Positions 40,347 to 50,609 of a stretch of DNA of 64,000 bases are shown here, one piece after another; position 1 is the stretch's first letter, and every line of letters starts with the position of its first letter. This DNA is from Candidatus Wolfebacteria bacterium GW2011_GWB1_47_1 (GTDB taxonomy: Bacteria > Patescibacteriota > Minisyncoccia > UBA6257 > UBA9933), in assembly GCA_001029635.1 (NCBI GenBank), contig CP011209.1, forward strand, positions 80,983-144,982. Reading direction: 5' to 3'. A program made the translations under genes and the position numbers. The notes beneath the pieces are model-generated. The model was not told the DNA's origin. It saw only the letters and a list, made by a program, of their open reading frames with translations, and searched no databases.

Positions 40347-40467
40347 CTATGCGAAGACGTTGTACGAAATTACTTCTTTATTAGGTACTATAAAAATCCC
40401 GCCGATACGATCGGCGGAATTTTTTATGCTTCCCACGCAAAACCCCGGGAGTGAGCCCATGAGGACT

Positions 40468-43002
40468 TCATTCTCCCATATTCACGAACCGCACCTCCTC
40501 GCCTTCGAGCGTTAGGTGTAAATGACTCCCCTTTCGCACCTCCCCCCGCAAGATCATCTCGGCAAGCTCACTCTTGATGCGATCGTTGATCACGGTGCGT
40601 AGCGGACGGGCGCCGAATACCGGATCATAGCCAACGTTCGCCAAATGTTCCACGACGGCATTGTCGATCTCCATCGCGATGCCTTGTTCTTCGCCGAGCG
40701 TCTTTGCCAACTTTTGTATCTGCATGCGCGCAATGGCGATTGTGTCGTCGACCGACAGATTCTTGAATATGATCACATCGGAAAAACGATTCAATAATTC
40801 AGGACGGAAATATCCAGTCAATTTCTTCTTAAATTCATCCTTAATATCTTCAATATTACGCCCCGCCTCGATAGATTCCTTAATGAAATCGGAATTTGCG
40901 TTGGACGTTGCGATGACGATAGTGTTCTGGAAATCAACCACGCGCCCCACGTTGTCGGTGATGCGCCCATCGTCGAGTACCTGCAGGAAAAGATTCAATA
41001 CGTCCGGATGCGCCTTTTCGAATTCATCCAATAGAATTAGGCTATACGGCTTCTGAATCACCGACTCGGTAAGCGTGCCGCTCATCTTGCCGTCAGGGGT
41101 TCCGATAAATCGAAAGATGCTTTGCTTGTCCTGATATTCGGACATATCGAAGCGGAGCAGCAGCTGGTCAGACCCAAACTGCGTCTTTGCCAAAATCTTT
41201 GCAAGCTCCGTCTTACCGACGCCCGTAGGCCCAACAAAGAGAAATGTGGCAATCGGCCCGTTGGATCGGGCAAGTCCGCTGCGATACTGACGCAATGCGC
41301 GTGCGACTGCGGTGACCGCCTGTTCCTGGTCGATCAGATTCTGATGAATAATATCCTCGAGATTGAGTAGTTTCTCTGCTTCCTCCTTGGTCGTCTTATG
41401 GATCGGGATATTGATCTTCCGCTCGGCAACGGCGATGACGATCTCATCGGTAAGCATCTTTTCTCCCCGCTGGGTTGCGTCGGCAAGTGCCTCTTTAAGC
41501 AGATCTTCCGCACTCGCGGGAAGAAGCTTTTGTTTAAAATATTTATGAGCGATCGAAACGGCGGCTTTAATGGCTTCAAAGCTGATGACGACGTTGTATT
41601 GCCGTTCCAGGATGATGCCGGAATAGATCAAGACACGAATGGAATCATCCTCAGAAAGCTCTTCGACGCGAACCACTTCAAATGCATTGAGAAAATCGGT
41701 ATGCGGTTCGATCTCGGTCTTCATTTCCTTTGCATAAGAAGACCCGATAACCTGAAACGCATCACTGGCAATGGCCGGCAACATAAGCGTGGCCACATCC
41801 ATATACCCTTCCCCCGACGTCTTGAATAGATTATGAATATCGGGGATATAGAGGATGATATTCTTTGCCGCAATGATCTCCCGAACGACGGTATTGACCC
41901 GAGTAGAAATTTCTTCAGGCCCCGCGCCGGAAACAAGTTCTCCAATAGAAAGCGCAACAAGCCGCTTATCGAATAGCTCCTCAGGAACTTTGTCTTTGAC
42001 GATATTAAATGCCAAATGGCTGACGATGGTCTCTTTTCCACTTCCCGGATCGCCCACTAAAAGAACATTCTGCTTTGCGGCGCGAGAAAGAACATTAACA
42101 ATTGTTCCATATTCCTGTTCGTGGCCAATCAAAAACCCGACACGCTGTTCGCGAGCAAGATCGGTCAGGTCGTCGCTAAACATATCCAATGTCGGCGTAA
42201 CGCGCGCAGTCCACGCACGATTCATAATACGATGTCGCCCTCCTTTGCGACCAAACCCGCCAAGCGTGGAAGGGATAGTCTTGAGCCACGCAAATCGCTG
42301 TCGATAACGGCTAAAGATGAGTGCCTTTTGTAGATCATTTGTATCAAGCGAGAAGAGATAGAACACGCGCCGCACGGCGGCATCGTCAACCGTACCCAAT
42401 GCGGAAAAAAGATCATTGAGAGCAATATACTTTCCCCCGTTGTCATAGGCATCCATGAATGCGACCTTCACCAATATATGAATGCGCGAAAGCAGTTCGT
42501 CATGAGCATAAAGGTTCGTATTTTTGTACTTCTCGACTTCTTCATCAATCTTATGCTCAAACTCCTCCGGAGAAATCTCAAGCCGCCACAAAGCGCCACG
42601 AATGCCGTCATCCCGAATAAGCGTCTTCATGAGATGCAAATAATAGTTACCCCCGGCGATCGCGGTTTTATCAAGCGCACGGATAATTACGCGGAAACTC
42701 TTTGGTAAAAGATATTGGGTAATATTAACTCCTTCGATCTCATCTGCCTTCAGATCGGTGATCGCATGCAATGGAGTGTTAATATGTAAGGCTCGGTCGA
42801 TCAGCACCAGGGTGCACAAGATGCCGAACCAATACAACCATTCGATATCGGACAATACCGCAAGGATAGTGCCTACGGTGAATATGGCATAAAACGCATA
42901 CGTGATCAGCCCCCATAAGAAGCGCAATGATGCGGAGAATTCGAGACGCGGATCAGAGAAGGTGAGTTTTTCAACGGGAAAGTTCGTGTTCATACCAATC
43001 AA
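40468..43002 (-). CDS. ClpA/B/C-family AAA+ ATPase with N-terminal TM helices
   Basis: GDPGSGKET and GPTGVGKTE Walker A motifs, RFDMSEY, LLDEFEKAH, FRPELLNRF, GARPLR; start may be 42993. Confidence 0.9.
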   Translation of the reverse strand: MIGMNTNFPVEKLTFSDPRLEFSASLRFLWGLITYAFYAIFTVGTILAVLSDIEWLYWFGILCTLVLIDRALHINTPLHAITDLKADEIEGVNITQYLLPKSFRVIIRALDKTAIAGGNYYLHLMKTLIRDDGIRGALWRLEISPEEFEHKIDEEVEKYKNTNLYAHDELLSRIHILVKVAFMDAYDNGGKYIALNDLFSALGTVDDAAVRRVFYLFSLDTNDLQKALIFSRYRQRFAWLKTIPSTLGGFGRKGGRHRIMNRAWTARVTPTLDMFSDDLTDLAREQRVGFLIGHEQEYGTIVNVLSRAAKQNVLLVGDPGSGKETIVSHLAFNIVKDKVPEELFDKRLVALSIGELVSGAGPEEISTRVNTVVREIIAAKNIILYIPDIHNLFKTSGEGYMDVATLMLPAIASDAFQVIGSSYAKEMKTEIEPHTDFLNAFEVVRVEELSEDDSIRVLIYSGIILERQYNVVISFEAIKAAVSIAHKYFKQKLLPASAEDLLKEALADATQRGEKMLTDEIVIAVAERKINIPIHKTTKEEAEKLLNLEDIIHQNLIDQEQAVTAVARALRQYRSGLARSNGPIATFLFVGPTGVGKTELAKILAKTQFGSDQLLLRFDMSEYQDKQSIFRFIGTPDGKMSGTLTESVIQKPYSLILLDEFEKAHPDVLNLFLQVLDDGRITDNVGRVVDFQNTIVIATSNANSDFIKESIEAGRNIEDIKDEFKKKLTGYFRPELLNRFSDVIIFKNLSVDDTIAIARMQIQKLAKTLGEEQGIAMEIDNAVVEHLANVGYDPVFGARPLRTVINDRIKSELAEMILRGEVRKGSHLHLTLEGEEVRFVNMGE

Positions 43003-43376
43003 ATGTTCACATTAAATACATGCGCTGCAGGCGTTTGTCCGGCGATCTTGAGTAGGACATAAATAGGAATACCCGCCCATGCGAGAAAAATAACCGCGGC
43101 AACCCCAATAACTACAGCATAGAGTACGCTGCCGATCACCAGACGGATCGCGCGAAAGATAAATCCCAGTACATACCCGAAGATGTTATACTCCTGATAG
43201 AGTGGTTGAAAGATATTACGCCAGGTAACCTTCAGAGCGATAGATTGATCCATTTCTTCCAAGCGCGCGATAATAAACCTACTATAGGACATAAAACTAT
43301 CGACGTACCAATGTCGGATAAAATGGGAGATGCGATAAACGAACCGATCAAAAAGATAGACAAGAAAGATATCCAT
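42999..43376 (-). CDS. Small membrane protein directly upstream of the Clp ATPase
   Basis: WRNIFQPLYQEY..GYVLGFIFR plus TM helix. Confidence 0.75.
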   Translation of the reverse strand: MDIFLVYLFDRFVYRISHFIRHWYVDSFMSYSRFIIARLEEMDQSIALKVTWRNIFQPLYQEYNIFGYVLGFIFRAIRLVIGSVLYAVVIGVAAVIFLAWAGIPIYVLLKIAGQTPAAHVFNVNI

Positions 43377-43667
43377 GATAGAGCCAATTGATCTATTACG
43401 AGTTACGGGTTGACTCACATTACAGATCCGTATTTTTCTAAATTCGCAATTCGTAATCGAGTAATTCTTCCAATAGTATATCCGATTTCCGCCCGCCGAA
43501 CAAAAAAGACACCACGCAAGCGGATGTCTTTTTATTGAACATGTAAATTGTACAAATTTTGATGAGATGTGAGACGCGGGCATGGCGCAAGGAAGTCGTA
43601 CTACCAGTACGCGACCGAAGCGCCAGGAGACCCGCAACAAAGCAGCTCGCAAAATATGTAGAGTTAT

Positions 43668-44351
43668 TTACTTTTCGGAGGTCTCCCGCTTTAACTTCTC
43701 AATAAGAGAAGCTGCGTAGTCCTTTCCGCCGAGGCCGAAGGCAATACCACCTGCGAGGGCGAGCATAGCAACAACACCGGTAATGACCGTCTGGAGAACA
43801 TAGACGTTGATTCCAAGCTGCATCAAAGCAGTAATGAGACCAAAAACGACAACAATCCACCAAACGAACGATCCGAGGAAGTTAGCTGCGTAAAGCTTCG
43901 CACTCGAAACGGAGGCCTTTACCAATGATTTTGAAAACTTCGCAACTACCAAGGTCGCGAGCATTATCAATGCAGCGGCAACGATATTTGGAAAATACAA
44001 GAGTACTTGTTTCAAGAAATCAGAAAAGACATCCAATCCCAAGAGACTGGAAACTGCCAAAATGGCAACGATCGCGAAGAACCAATAGACAGCCCGACCC
44101 AAGAATCGTCCTGAGTCAAGACGCATATCGCCGCGCTCAACATATTGAGCAACGCCGATTTTCTTCAACAATTCGTCCAATTTAATCGCTTTAATAATCT
44201 GTTCAACTACCGTTCCGAATACGGAAGCGATGACCAAACCGATAATCAACACGATAAGAGCTCCAAGAAACTTAGGCACGAACGCCATTACTCCAAGCCA
44301 CACGTTTGCCAGCGAACCGTAAAGCGTGCTTGTTAAATTTTGTACGAACAT
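43668..44351 (-). CDS. TM-helix repeat protein (CmpX/MscS-TM-like)
   Basis: Repeated PKFLGALIVL/PNIVAAALIM; ALAGGIAFGLGGKD. Confidence 0.85.
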   Translation of the reverse strand: MFVQNLTSTLYGSLANVWLGVMAFVPKFLGALIVLIIGLVIASVFGTVVEQIIKAIKLDELLKKIGVAQYVERGDMRLDSGRFLGRAVYWFFAIVAILAVSSLLGLDVFSDFLKQVLLYFPNIVAAALIMLATLVVAKFSKSLVKASVSSAKLYAANFLGSFVWWIVVVFGLITALMQLGINVYVLQTVITGVVAMLALAGGIAFGLGGKDYAASLIEKLKRETSEK

Positions 44352-44674
44352 TTGTTTGTTATCACCCGCCGATCGAAACCGACAGATGACACCATTATGT
44401 GTTTTCGACCTTTCAACTTGTTACCAGTATACCCCGTTAGAGAATTTATTCCAACACCCACTAATAAAATCAACGCTTATCGACTACAAATGGCACACCT
44501 TAGATATATCGTGGCGTTAAATTCTCTAACGGGTATATATATCAAAAAGTCATTTGATCGCATAGAGGACAATTAGCCAAGGTTCAAATCCATGATCCCC
44601 AGCGTATAAATACTACAAATACAAAAATCTCCATAATCTCGCAGAGGTACTGGCTCTGTGATATAATAGGGACA

Positions 44675-45064
44675 ATGAAATTCTTATCTCGATTCCTGTT
44701 TTCAATATTCTCAAACCTCCTGGCGTTTCTGATCGCGATCAAATTCGTCGAAGGGTTTACGATCGCCGATGGGTCCACAACATTATTCGGCATCAGTGTG
44801 CCGGTCCTGGTCGCCGTAGTGGCGCTATTCACGGTCATTAACCTATTTATCCGACCGATTATCAAGCTTATCCTGAGTCCGATCATCATCCTAACCTTCG
44901 GGCTCGGCATCCTTGTTGTAAACGCATTAATGCTGTATCTGCTTGATTATTTCTCGAAAAATGTTACCATACAGGGACTTGAGCCACTCGCCTACGCGAC
45001 ACTCATCATTAGTGTCGTCAACCTCATTATAGGTGTGTCGGCGCGTAAAACCTACAAAGACTAA
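44675..45064 (+). CDS. YvlD/phage-holin-4 family membrane protein
   Basis: INLFIRPIIKLILSPIIILTFGL...VNA. Confidence 0.85.
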   Translation: MKFLSRFLFSIFSNLLAFLIAIKFVEGFTIADGSTTLFGISVPVLVAVVALFTVINLFIRPIIKLILSPIIILTFGLGILVVNALMLYLLDYFSKNVTIQGLEPLAYATLIISVVNLIIGVSARKTYKD

Positions 45065-45069
45065 CTACC

Positions 45070-45288
45070 ATGGACTATTTATCAATTGCTCAGCTCGTTT
45101 TATCGATTGTATTGATTATCATCATTCTTCTACAGGAGCGTTCTTCGGGCCTTTCTGGCGCTTTTGGTGGCGGAACCGAGGGAGGAACCTACCAGACCCG
45201 TCGCGGATTTGAACGTATAATCTTCGGAGCAACCATTGTCATTGCGGTTGCATTTGCGGCGCTTTCCCTTGTCGACCTCATTAAATAA
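45070..45288 (+). CDS. secG: Preprotein translocase subunit SecG
   Basis: ILLQERSSGLSGAFGG...RRGFER. Confidence 0.92.
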   Translation: MDYLSIAQLVLSIVLIIIILLQERSSGLSGAFGGGTEGGTYQTRRGFERIIFGATIVIAVAFAALSLVDLIK

Positions 45289-45458
45289 ATTAGAGGCGTT
45301 CTTGTTTTACCGAACTGCTTCGCATGTTGTCGTTACTAACGATTCATTAGTAGCTGAAGCATATACGAAATACCCGAGTACCGACGAGACATCCGCGCGA
45401 TAACGAAGCCCGGAGCATCTCCTCCTTACCCTTAAAATAAGGACGTCTTACTACTTTC

Positions 45459-47096
45459 TTGTTAAAGACAGCTCTCAATCTTTTCTTTTTATTCTCCCGC
45501 AAAGAACGCATCGCGTTCATTGCGGCATTTTTTGTATTGATCATCTCGTCATTACTCCTTCTAATCAGTATCATAAAAACGAATACGGTATTATCCCCTG
45601 TTGATGGTGGCGAATATGTCGAGGGTATCGTCGGTCAGCCGATCTATATCAACCCGATTTTCGCGGAAAACAACAATCCCGACAACGACCTTTCGCAGCT
45701 ATTTTTCGCGAACATGCGGGCGATCGCAGAAAAGGTGGAAATGGGCGAAGACGGAAGAACGTTCACTATTCGCCTCAAGGGAGACATCGCATGGCAAGAC
45801 AATCAGCCGCTTACGGCAGATGATATCATTTTTACCCTGCAGTTAATCCAAGACCCGGACGTGGGGTCTTCGCTTGCGGCGGCATGGAAAGGGGTCCAGA
45901 TCAATCGCATCAGTGAACGCGAGTTACAAATCATCGCCCCCACGACCTATTCCTTCTTCGAAAACACACTTTTATCGCTACAGCCGATCCCAAAGCACCT
46001 CTTTGAAAGCATCCCGCCCGCGAACATACGCCTCTCGGACTACAACCGAGAACCGATCGGTAGCGGCCCGTACAAATTTGATTCCTTTGAAAAACGCCGG
46101 GACGGGTTCATCACGCAAATCACTGCAAAGAAGAACGACAAATACTTCGGAAATCACGCCTACATAGAAACGCTCATAGTGCGGTTCTATCAAAACGAAC
46201 CAGACGCAGTGGAAGCGCTCAATGATGGAGATATCGACGGCATGGCTATTATCGATCCGAAGAATTTCGACGGGGTATCTATTCCCTCCCGTATTCATAA
46301 GCTCGAAATGCCAAGGTATTATGCGGTATTTCCGAATTCCTTTGCTAACCCGATTCTCACGCCGATGAGTATGCGAACTGCGCTCGATCTCGCGATAGAC
46401 AAAGTGGCAATCACGCAGGAGATCTTTGGAGAAAATGCTGTCATGATAACCGATCCGATCCCTCCGTTTACGCCGGAAACGCAAGGCGTGCAGGAATATT
46501 CTCCGGAAAAGGCAAGTGCGATCCTCGAAGAGTATGGGTGGCGTATGACCGACTCAGGCATTCGAGAAAAAGATGGGGAACGACTCGAATTCATATTGAC
46601 GGTATACCCAACACCATTTCTTGAACAAACAGCGGAAATACTTAAAAAACAATGGAAGGTGGTTGGCATTGACGTACAAGTCCATATCGCATCGGCACAC
46701 AACTTCAACAGCGAAGTGATCAAGCCACGTAATTATGAGTTACTCCTCTTTGGGAACAATTACGGTAAAAACCTCGACCCCTATTCCTTCTGGCACTCAA
46801 GTCAAAAGCTAGCACCGGGACTAAATCTATCTGTCTATAGCAATAAGGATGTCGATAAATTCATTGATGTAGTTCGCACGGATTTCGACCCCGCGAGCAG
46901 AGCCATTGGTATGGGACAGATCGAACCGGTTATTATGGAAGATAAACCGGCGGTATTCCTCTACTCACCGTACTATCTCTACGTCAGTAATAAATCTCTT
47001 AAGGGATTTGATGTGCCGTCAATAGGAACACCAAGCGAACGCTTCACGCTCATCGATACATGGTATATCAAGACGGTGCGAACATTCAAAAAATAA
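45459..47096 (+). CDS. ABC transporter substrate-binding protein, family 5 (peptide)
   Basis: GGEYVEGIVGQPIYINP, WQDNQPLTADDIIFT, PIGSGPYKF, DPYSFWHSSQ; start uncertain. Confidence 0.9.
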   Translation: MLKTALNLFFLFSRKERIAFIAAFFVLIISSLLLLISIIKTNTVLSPVDGGEYVEGIVGQPIYINPIFAENNNPDNDLSQLFFANMRAIAEKVEMGEDGRTFTIRLKGDIAWQDNQPLTADDIIFTLQLIQDPDVGSSLAAAWKGVQINRISERELQIIAPTTYSFFENTLLSLQPIPKHLFESIPPANIRLSDYNREPIGSGPYKFDSFEKRRDGFITQITAKKNDKYFGNHAYIETLIVRFYQNEPDAVEALNDGDIDGMAIIDPKNFDGVSIPSRIHKLEMPRYYAVFPNSFANPILTPMSMRTALDLAIDKVAITQEIFGENAVMITDPIPPFTPETQGVQEYSPEKASAILEEYGWRMTDSGIREKDGERLEFILTVYPTPFLEQTAEILKKQWKVVGIDVQVHIASAHNFNSEVIKPRNYELLLFGNNYGKNLDPYSFWHSSQKLAPGLNLSVYSNKDVDKFIDVVRTDFDPASRAIGMGQIEPVIMEDKPAVFLYSPYYLYVSNKSLKGFDVPSIGTPSERFTLIDTWYIKTVRTFKK

Positions 47097-47112
47097 TCTT
47101 GGTCATAAAGGT

Positions 47113-47205
47113 TGTCATTCCGGCGGAGGCCGGAATCTAGAAGTCTTCTTTAAGGTAATATCTACTCATAAAACTCTGGATCCCGTGTCGTGGCACGGGA
47201 TGACA
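47113..47205. repeat. Inverted REP doublet (REPIN-like)
   Basis: TGTCATTCCGGCGGAGGCCGGAATCTA...TGGATCCCGTGTCGTGGCACGGGATGACA. Confidence 0.7.
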
Positions 47206-47214
47206 GATACAAAA

Positions 47215-48036
47215 ATGCTCAACCTCAAAAAACAAAGTGGGATCTCCGCAACATTCGAAGATAACATGATCGCATTCGGTAAGGATATCGTCTCCGAGCC
47301 CGTGCGCACACGCACGCTCGAAGACGTCCGCCCGTATTTAATGCACAAGGATGCAACGTCGCGCCGAAAGAATTTCTACTTGATGTACCGAGATCCACAT
47401 CGCACACAGGACGAGGCAGTCTTTAGACAATACGGCATCCGTTATGACATCACCGTCCTCTTTCCCGGCACGATCGGTGGAAAGAAAGGCGAGTATGTTA
47501 AAACGATCGGACATACCCATTCGGCTGCCGAACTCTACGAGGTCCTTCACGGGACCGCCCTCTTCGTGCTTCAAGAAATAGCGGGAGAAAATCGAATATT
47601 CTTTATCAAGGCGACTAAAGGGGAGAAGGTCATCATCCCTCCGGAGTTTGGCCACATCACCACCAATATAAGCGATGAGCCGTTGATCCTCGCTGATCTA
47701 TTCCAAGATAGCGTGAAGTCGGATTATTCGTTCTTTAAGGAGCACCAGGGGGCAGCATACTGGGTAAGCGCGCTTGGCCTAAGCTCAGATACAAAGGACA
47801 ACGCATTGGCTACAGAGGGCATTACGCTCACTCAGAACACGAAACATAAGAACGTAGGTGAAGTAATCATGGGAACTCCTGCGGAATATACCGGACTCTC
47901 AAAGAAAACTCCTATCTACACCGCATTCGTGTCCGATCCGAAGCAATTCTCTTTTCTTCTGGATCCTAAAAAAGCATGGAAGATTCTCGATGAACAGGGC
48001 CTTTGTTATGCGGAATGGAAAGAGCAGCTTGCATAA
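47215..48036 (+). CDS. Cupin-type (archaeal-like) glucose-6-phosphate isomerase family protein
   Basis: YLMYRD, RYDITV, EYVKTIGHTH, ELYEVLHG, IPPEFGH. Confidence 0.85.
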   Translation: MLNLKKQSGISATFEDNMIAFGKDIVSEPVRTRTLEDVRPYLMHKDATSRRKNFYLMYRDPHRTQDEAVFRQYGIRYDITVLFPGTIGGKKGEYVKTIGHTHSAAELYEVLHGTALFVLQEIAGENRIFFIKATKGEKVIIPPEFGHITTNISDEPLILADLFQDSVKSDYSFFKEHQGAAYWVSALGLSSDTKDNALATEGITLTQNTKHKNVGEVIMGTPAEYTGLSKKTPIYTAFVSDPKQFSFLLDPKKAWKILDEQGLCYAEWKEQLA

Positions 48037-48096
48037 TACCCCTAATAAGGGTATTATGGGGTATTATTTCGGCGGCTGAACAAGCCCCGAACACCT

Positions 48097-48181
<85 letters not shown>

Positions 48182-48447
48182 CATCTTTCAGCATTACTAC
48201 ATAAGAGAGTTGTGGTTCTGCCAGAAAAATATATAATCCGTCAACCGACGGACAAACAAACAATAATCATACGAACAACGTATTGGCGTAAAAATTGGCA
48301 CCCATCCGTCCTAACGGACACGCGCCACTTTTTATAGTTTCCTATTATGCAGGGCGTATGTTTGCGAAATGTGTCAGATCACAATGCGTAAACATAGGCC
48401 CTCCATGAGAAGGCATCCAGACGTACTACGTATATATCTAAAGAAAA

Positions 48448-50529
48448 ATGGAACAAAAAAACACACCATCTCGACGACCGTTCCGGCCACGCACCGCGCA
48501 GCCAGGAGCAGTACCAAAAACACACAACATAGGCGAAGGAGCCCCAAGCGTAAGGCCACAACGACCTGTAAAGCCGTTTGGTGAAGGAGCAAGACCACAC
48601 CGACCCGCAGGTGCCCCGCGTGACGGCGGCACACCACAACGCACCGAAGGACCTCGCCCATTTGGAGCTCAGCGTGAAGGAGGACGCCGCCCACGCCCGC
48701 AAAGCATCGGAGGACAATATATCCCCCGCCGTGGACGTGAAAAGCACGACTACGACCCAAAGATGCTCCCGGTAACAACCGACCAACCGCTTAAGCCCGA
48801 ACGCCCTATGGGTACCGTACGCCGCGCAGAGCATGGCAAGCGCGCGGGATTCCGCGAATCCGCAAAGGATATCGTTCGTTTTTGTGCACTCGGAGGACTC
48901 GAAGAAATCGGGCGCAATATGTCTTTCTTCGAATATGGAGATGAGATCGTCATCTTTGATGCCGGACTTGAATTCGCAGGAGAAGAAAACCCGGGAGTCG
49001 ACTACATTATCCCGAACACAACCTACCTCGAGCAAAACAAGCATAAAATCCGCGCAATGGTGGTAACCCACGCACACTACGACCACATCGGTGCAATTCC
49101 ACACATTATGGAAAAGTTAGGGAACCCGACCATCTATACAACCCCACTGACGAAGGAGATTATCAACAAGCGCCAAGGAGATTATCCCAACACGCCAAAG
49201 CTCGACTTCGAGATTGTGAAGAATCGCGACGTCATTAAAGTGTCTGACAACATAACGTTGGAATTCTTTAACATCATCCACAGTATCCCGGATTCCATTA
49301 GCATCCTAGTCAAGACACCGGTAGGAAATTTTGTATACGCGACCGATGTAAAGGTTGAATACGATACAAAGGGCAACGAACACGGACTGGATGAGTACAA
49401 GCGGGTTGCCGAACAAGGCATCCTTGGCCTCTTCCTCGAAAGTACCAATGCGGAAGTTCCCGGCAAATCGCTTGCAAGTGATTTGATCATGGACAACATC
49501 GAGAACATCTTCCTTAAGACCAAGGGGCGCATGGTTATTGCGATGTTTGCATCCATGCTGACTCGCGTTGGCGAAGTGATCACCCTTGCAGAAAAACACA
49601 ACAAAAAAATCGCATTCTCGGGACTGTCAATGAAAACCAACGTGCAGATCGCGCAAAATCTTGGATATATCAAGATCAAACAAGGCACGGTCATCCCGCT
49701 CGATGATATTCATAAATATCCGGACGATAAGGTTGTTATTCTCTCAACAGGAGCACAGGGAGAAGAAAATGCAAGTCTCATGAAGATCGCAACGGGAGAA
49801 AATCGATCATTTCAGGTTCGCCCAGGAGATACGATCATGTTCTCGTCATCGATCATTCCAGGCAATGAGCGCGCCGTACAGACCGTCAAGGACGCACTAG
49901 CACGCCAAGGAGCAATCATTTATCACTCAAAGAACTCCGACATTTATTCCAGTGGTCATGCCACGGCAGATGAATTGAAGGCGATTATCAAAGCGGTCAA
50001 ACCGAAGTACTACGTACCGATCCATGGATACTACTTCATGCGATCAACTAACGCGTTGCTCGCACAGGAATGTGGCGTTTTAAAGGAAAATACCATAGTA
50101 GCCGATAATGGATTGGTTGTTGAATTCTCAAAGACAGGGTTCCAGGTGGATATGGATCACCAGCTTCCCGCTCATTACGTCATGGTTGATGGATTGGGCG
50201 TCGGCGATGTCGGAGAGATCGTCATGCGCGACCGCAAAATGCTCGCAGAAGAAGGCATGGTCGTGATCGTTGCCACGATCGACAAGAAAACCGGAAACAT
50301 CATCAAAAATCCGGATATCATATCTCGCGGATTCATCTATCTTAAGGAAAATGTTGGAATCGTTGAAGAAATGCGCAAGAAGATCAAGGGAATCATCGTG
50401 CAAATGCCGGTACACAAAGAAGTCGAGATGGACTATCTAAAGTCGCTCGTTCGTGACCAGATCGGCCAATTCCTGTATACTAAAACGAAGCGAAGACCAA
50501 TGGTCCTCCCAGTCATTATATATGTGTGA
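48448..50529 (+). CDS. rnj: Ribonuclease J
   Basis: LGGLEEIGRNM, THAHYDHIGA, ESTNA, SGHA, PIHG, terminal RRPMVLPVI; R/P/G-rich N-terminal extension. Confidence 0.94.
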   Translation: MEQKNTPSRRPFRPRTAQPGAVPKTHNIGEGAPSVRPQRPVKPFGEGARPHRPAGAPRDGGTPQRTEGPRPFGAQREGGRRPRPQSIGGQYIPRRGREKHDYDPKMLPVTTDQPLKPERPMGTVRRAEHGKRAGFRESAKDIVRFCALGGLEEIGRNMSFFEYGDEIVIFDAGLEFAGEENPGVDYIIPNTTYLEQNKHKIRAMVVTHAHYDHIGAIPHIMEKLGNPTIYTTPLTKEIINKRQGDYPNTPKLDFEIVKNRDVIKVSDNITLEFFNIIHSIPDSISILVKTPVGNFVYATDVKVEYDTKGNEHGLDEYKRVAEQGILGLFLESTNAEVPGKSLASDLIMDNIENIFLKTKGRMVIAMFASMLTRVGEVITLAEKHNKKIAFSGLSMKTNVQIAQNLGYIKIKQGTVIPLDDIHKYPDDKVVILSTGAQGEENASLMKIATGENRSFQVRPGDTIMFSSSIIPGNERAVQTVKDALARQGAIIYHSKNSDIYSSGHATADELKAIIKAVKPKYYVPIHGYYFMRSTNALLAQECGVLKENTIVADNGLVVEFSKTGFQVDMDHQLPAHYVMVDGLGVGDVGEIVMRDRKMLAEEGMVVIVATIDKKTGNIIKNPDIISRGFIYLKENVGIVEEMRKKIKGIIVQMPVHKEVEMDYLKSLVRDQIGQFLYTKTKRRPMVLPVIIYV

Positions 50530-50609
50530 GTTTTGAGTGGTGAGGTATAGGGCACGAAAAATGCAATTGTACTCAACACCTTACCTCTTACCTCAATCTC
50601 TAATATCTT

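Noticed and set aside
38193-40454. ORFs 38193-38519, 39502-39699, 40073-40288 and 40221-40454
   Set aside because: They run through the palindromic repeat in different frames and strands with no start signals
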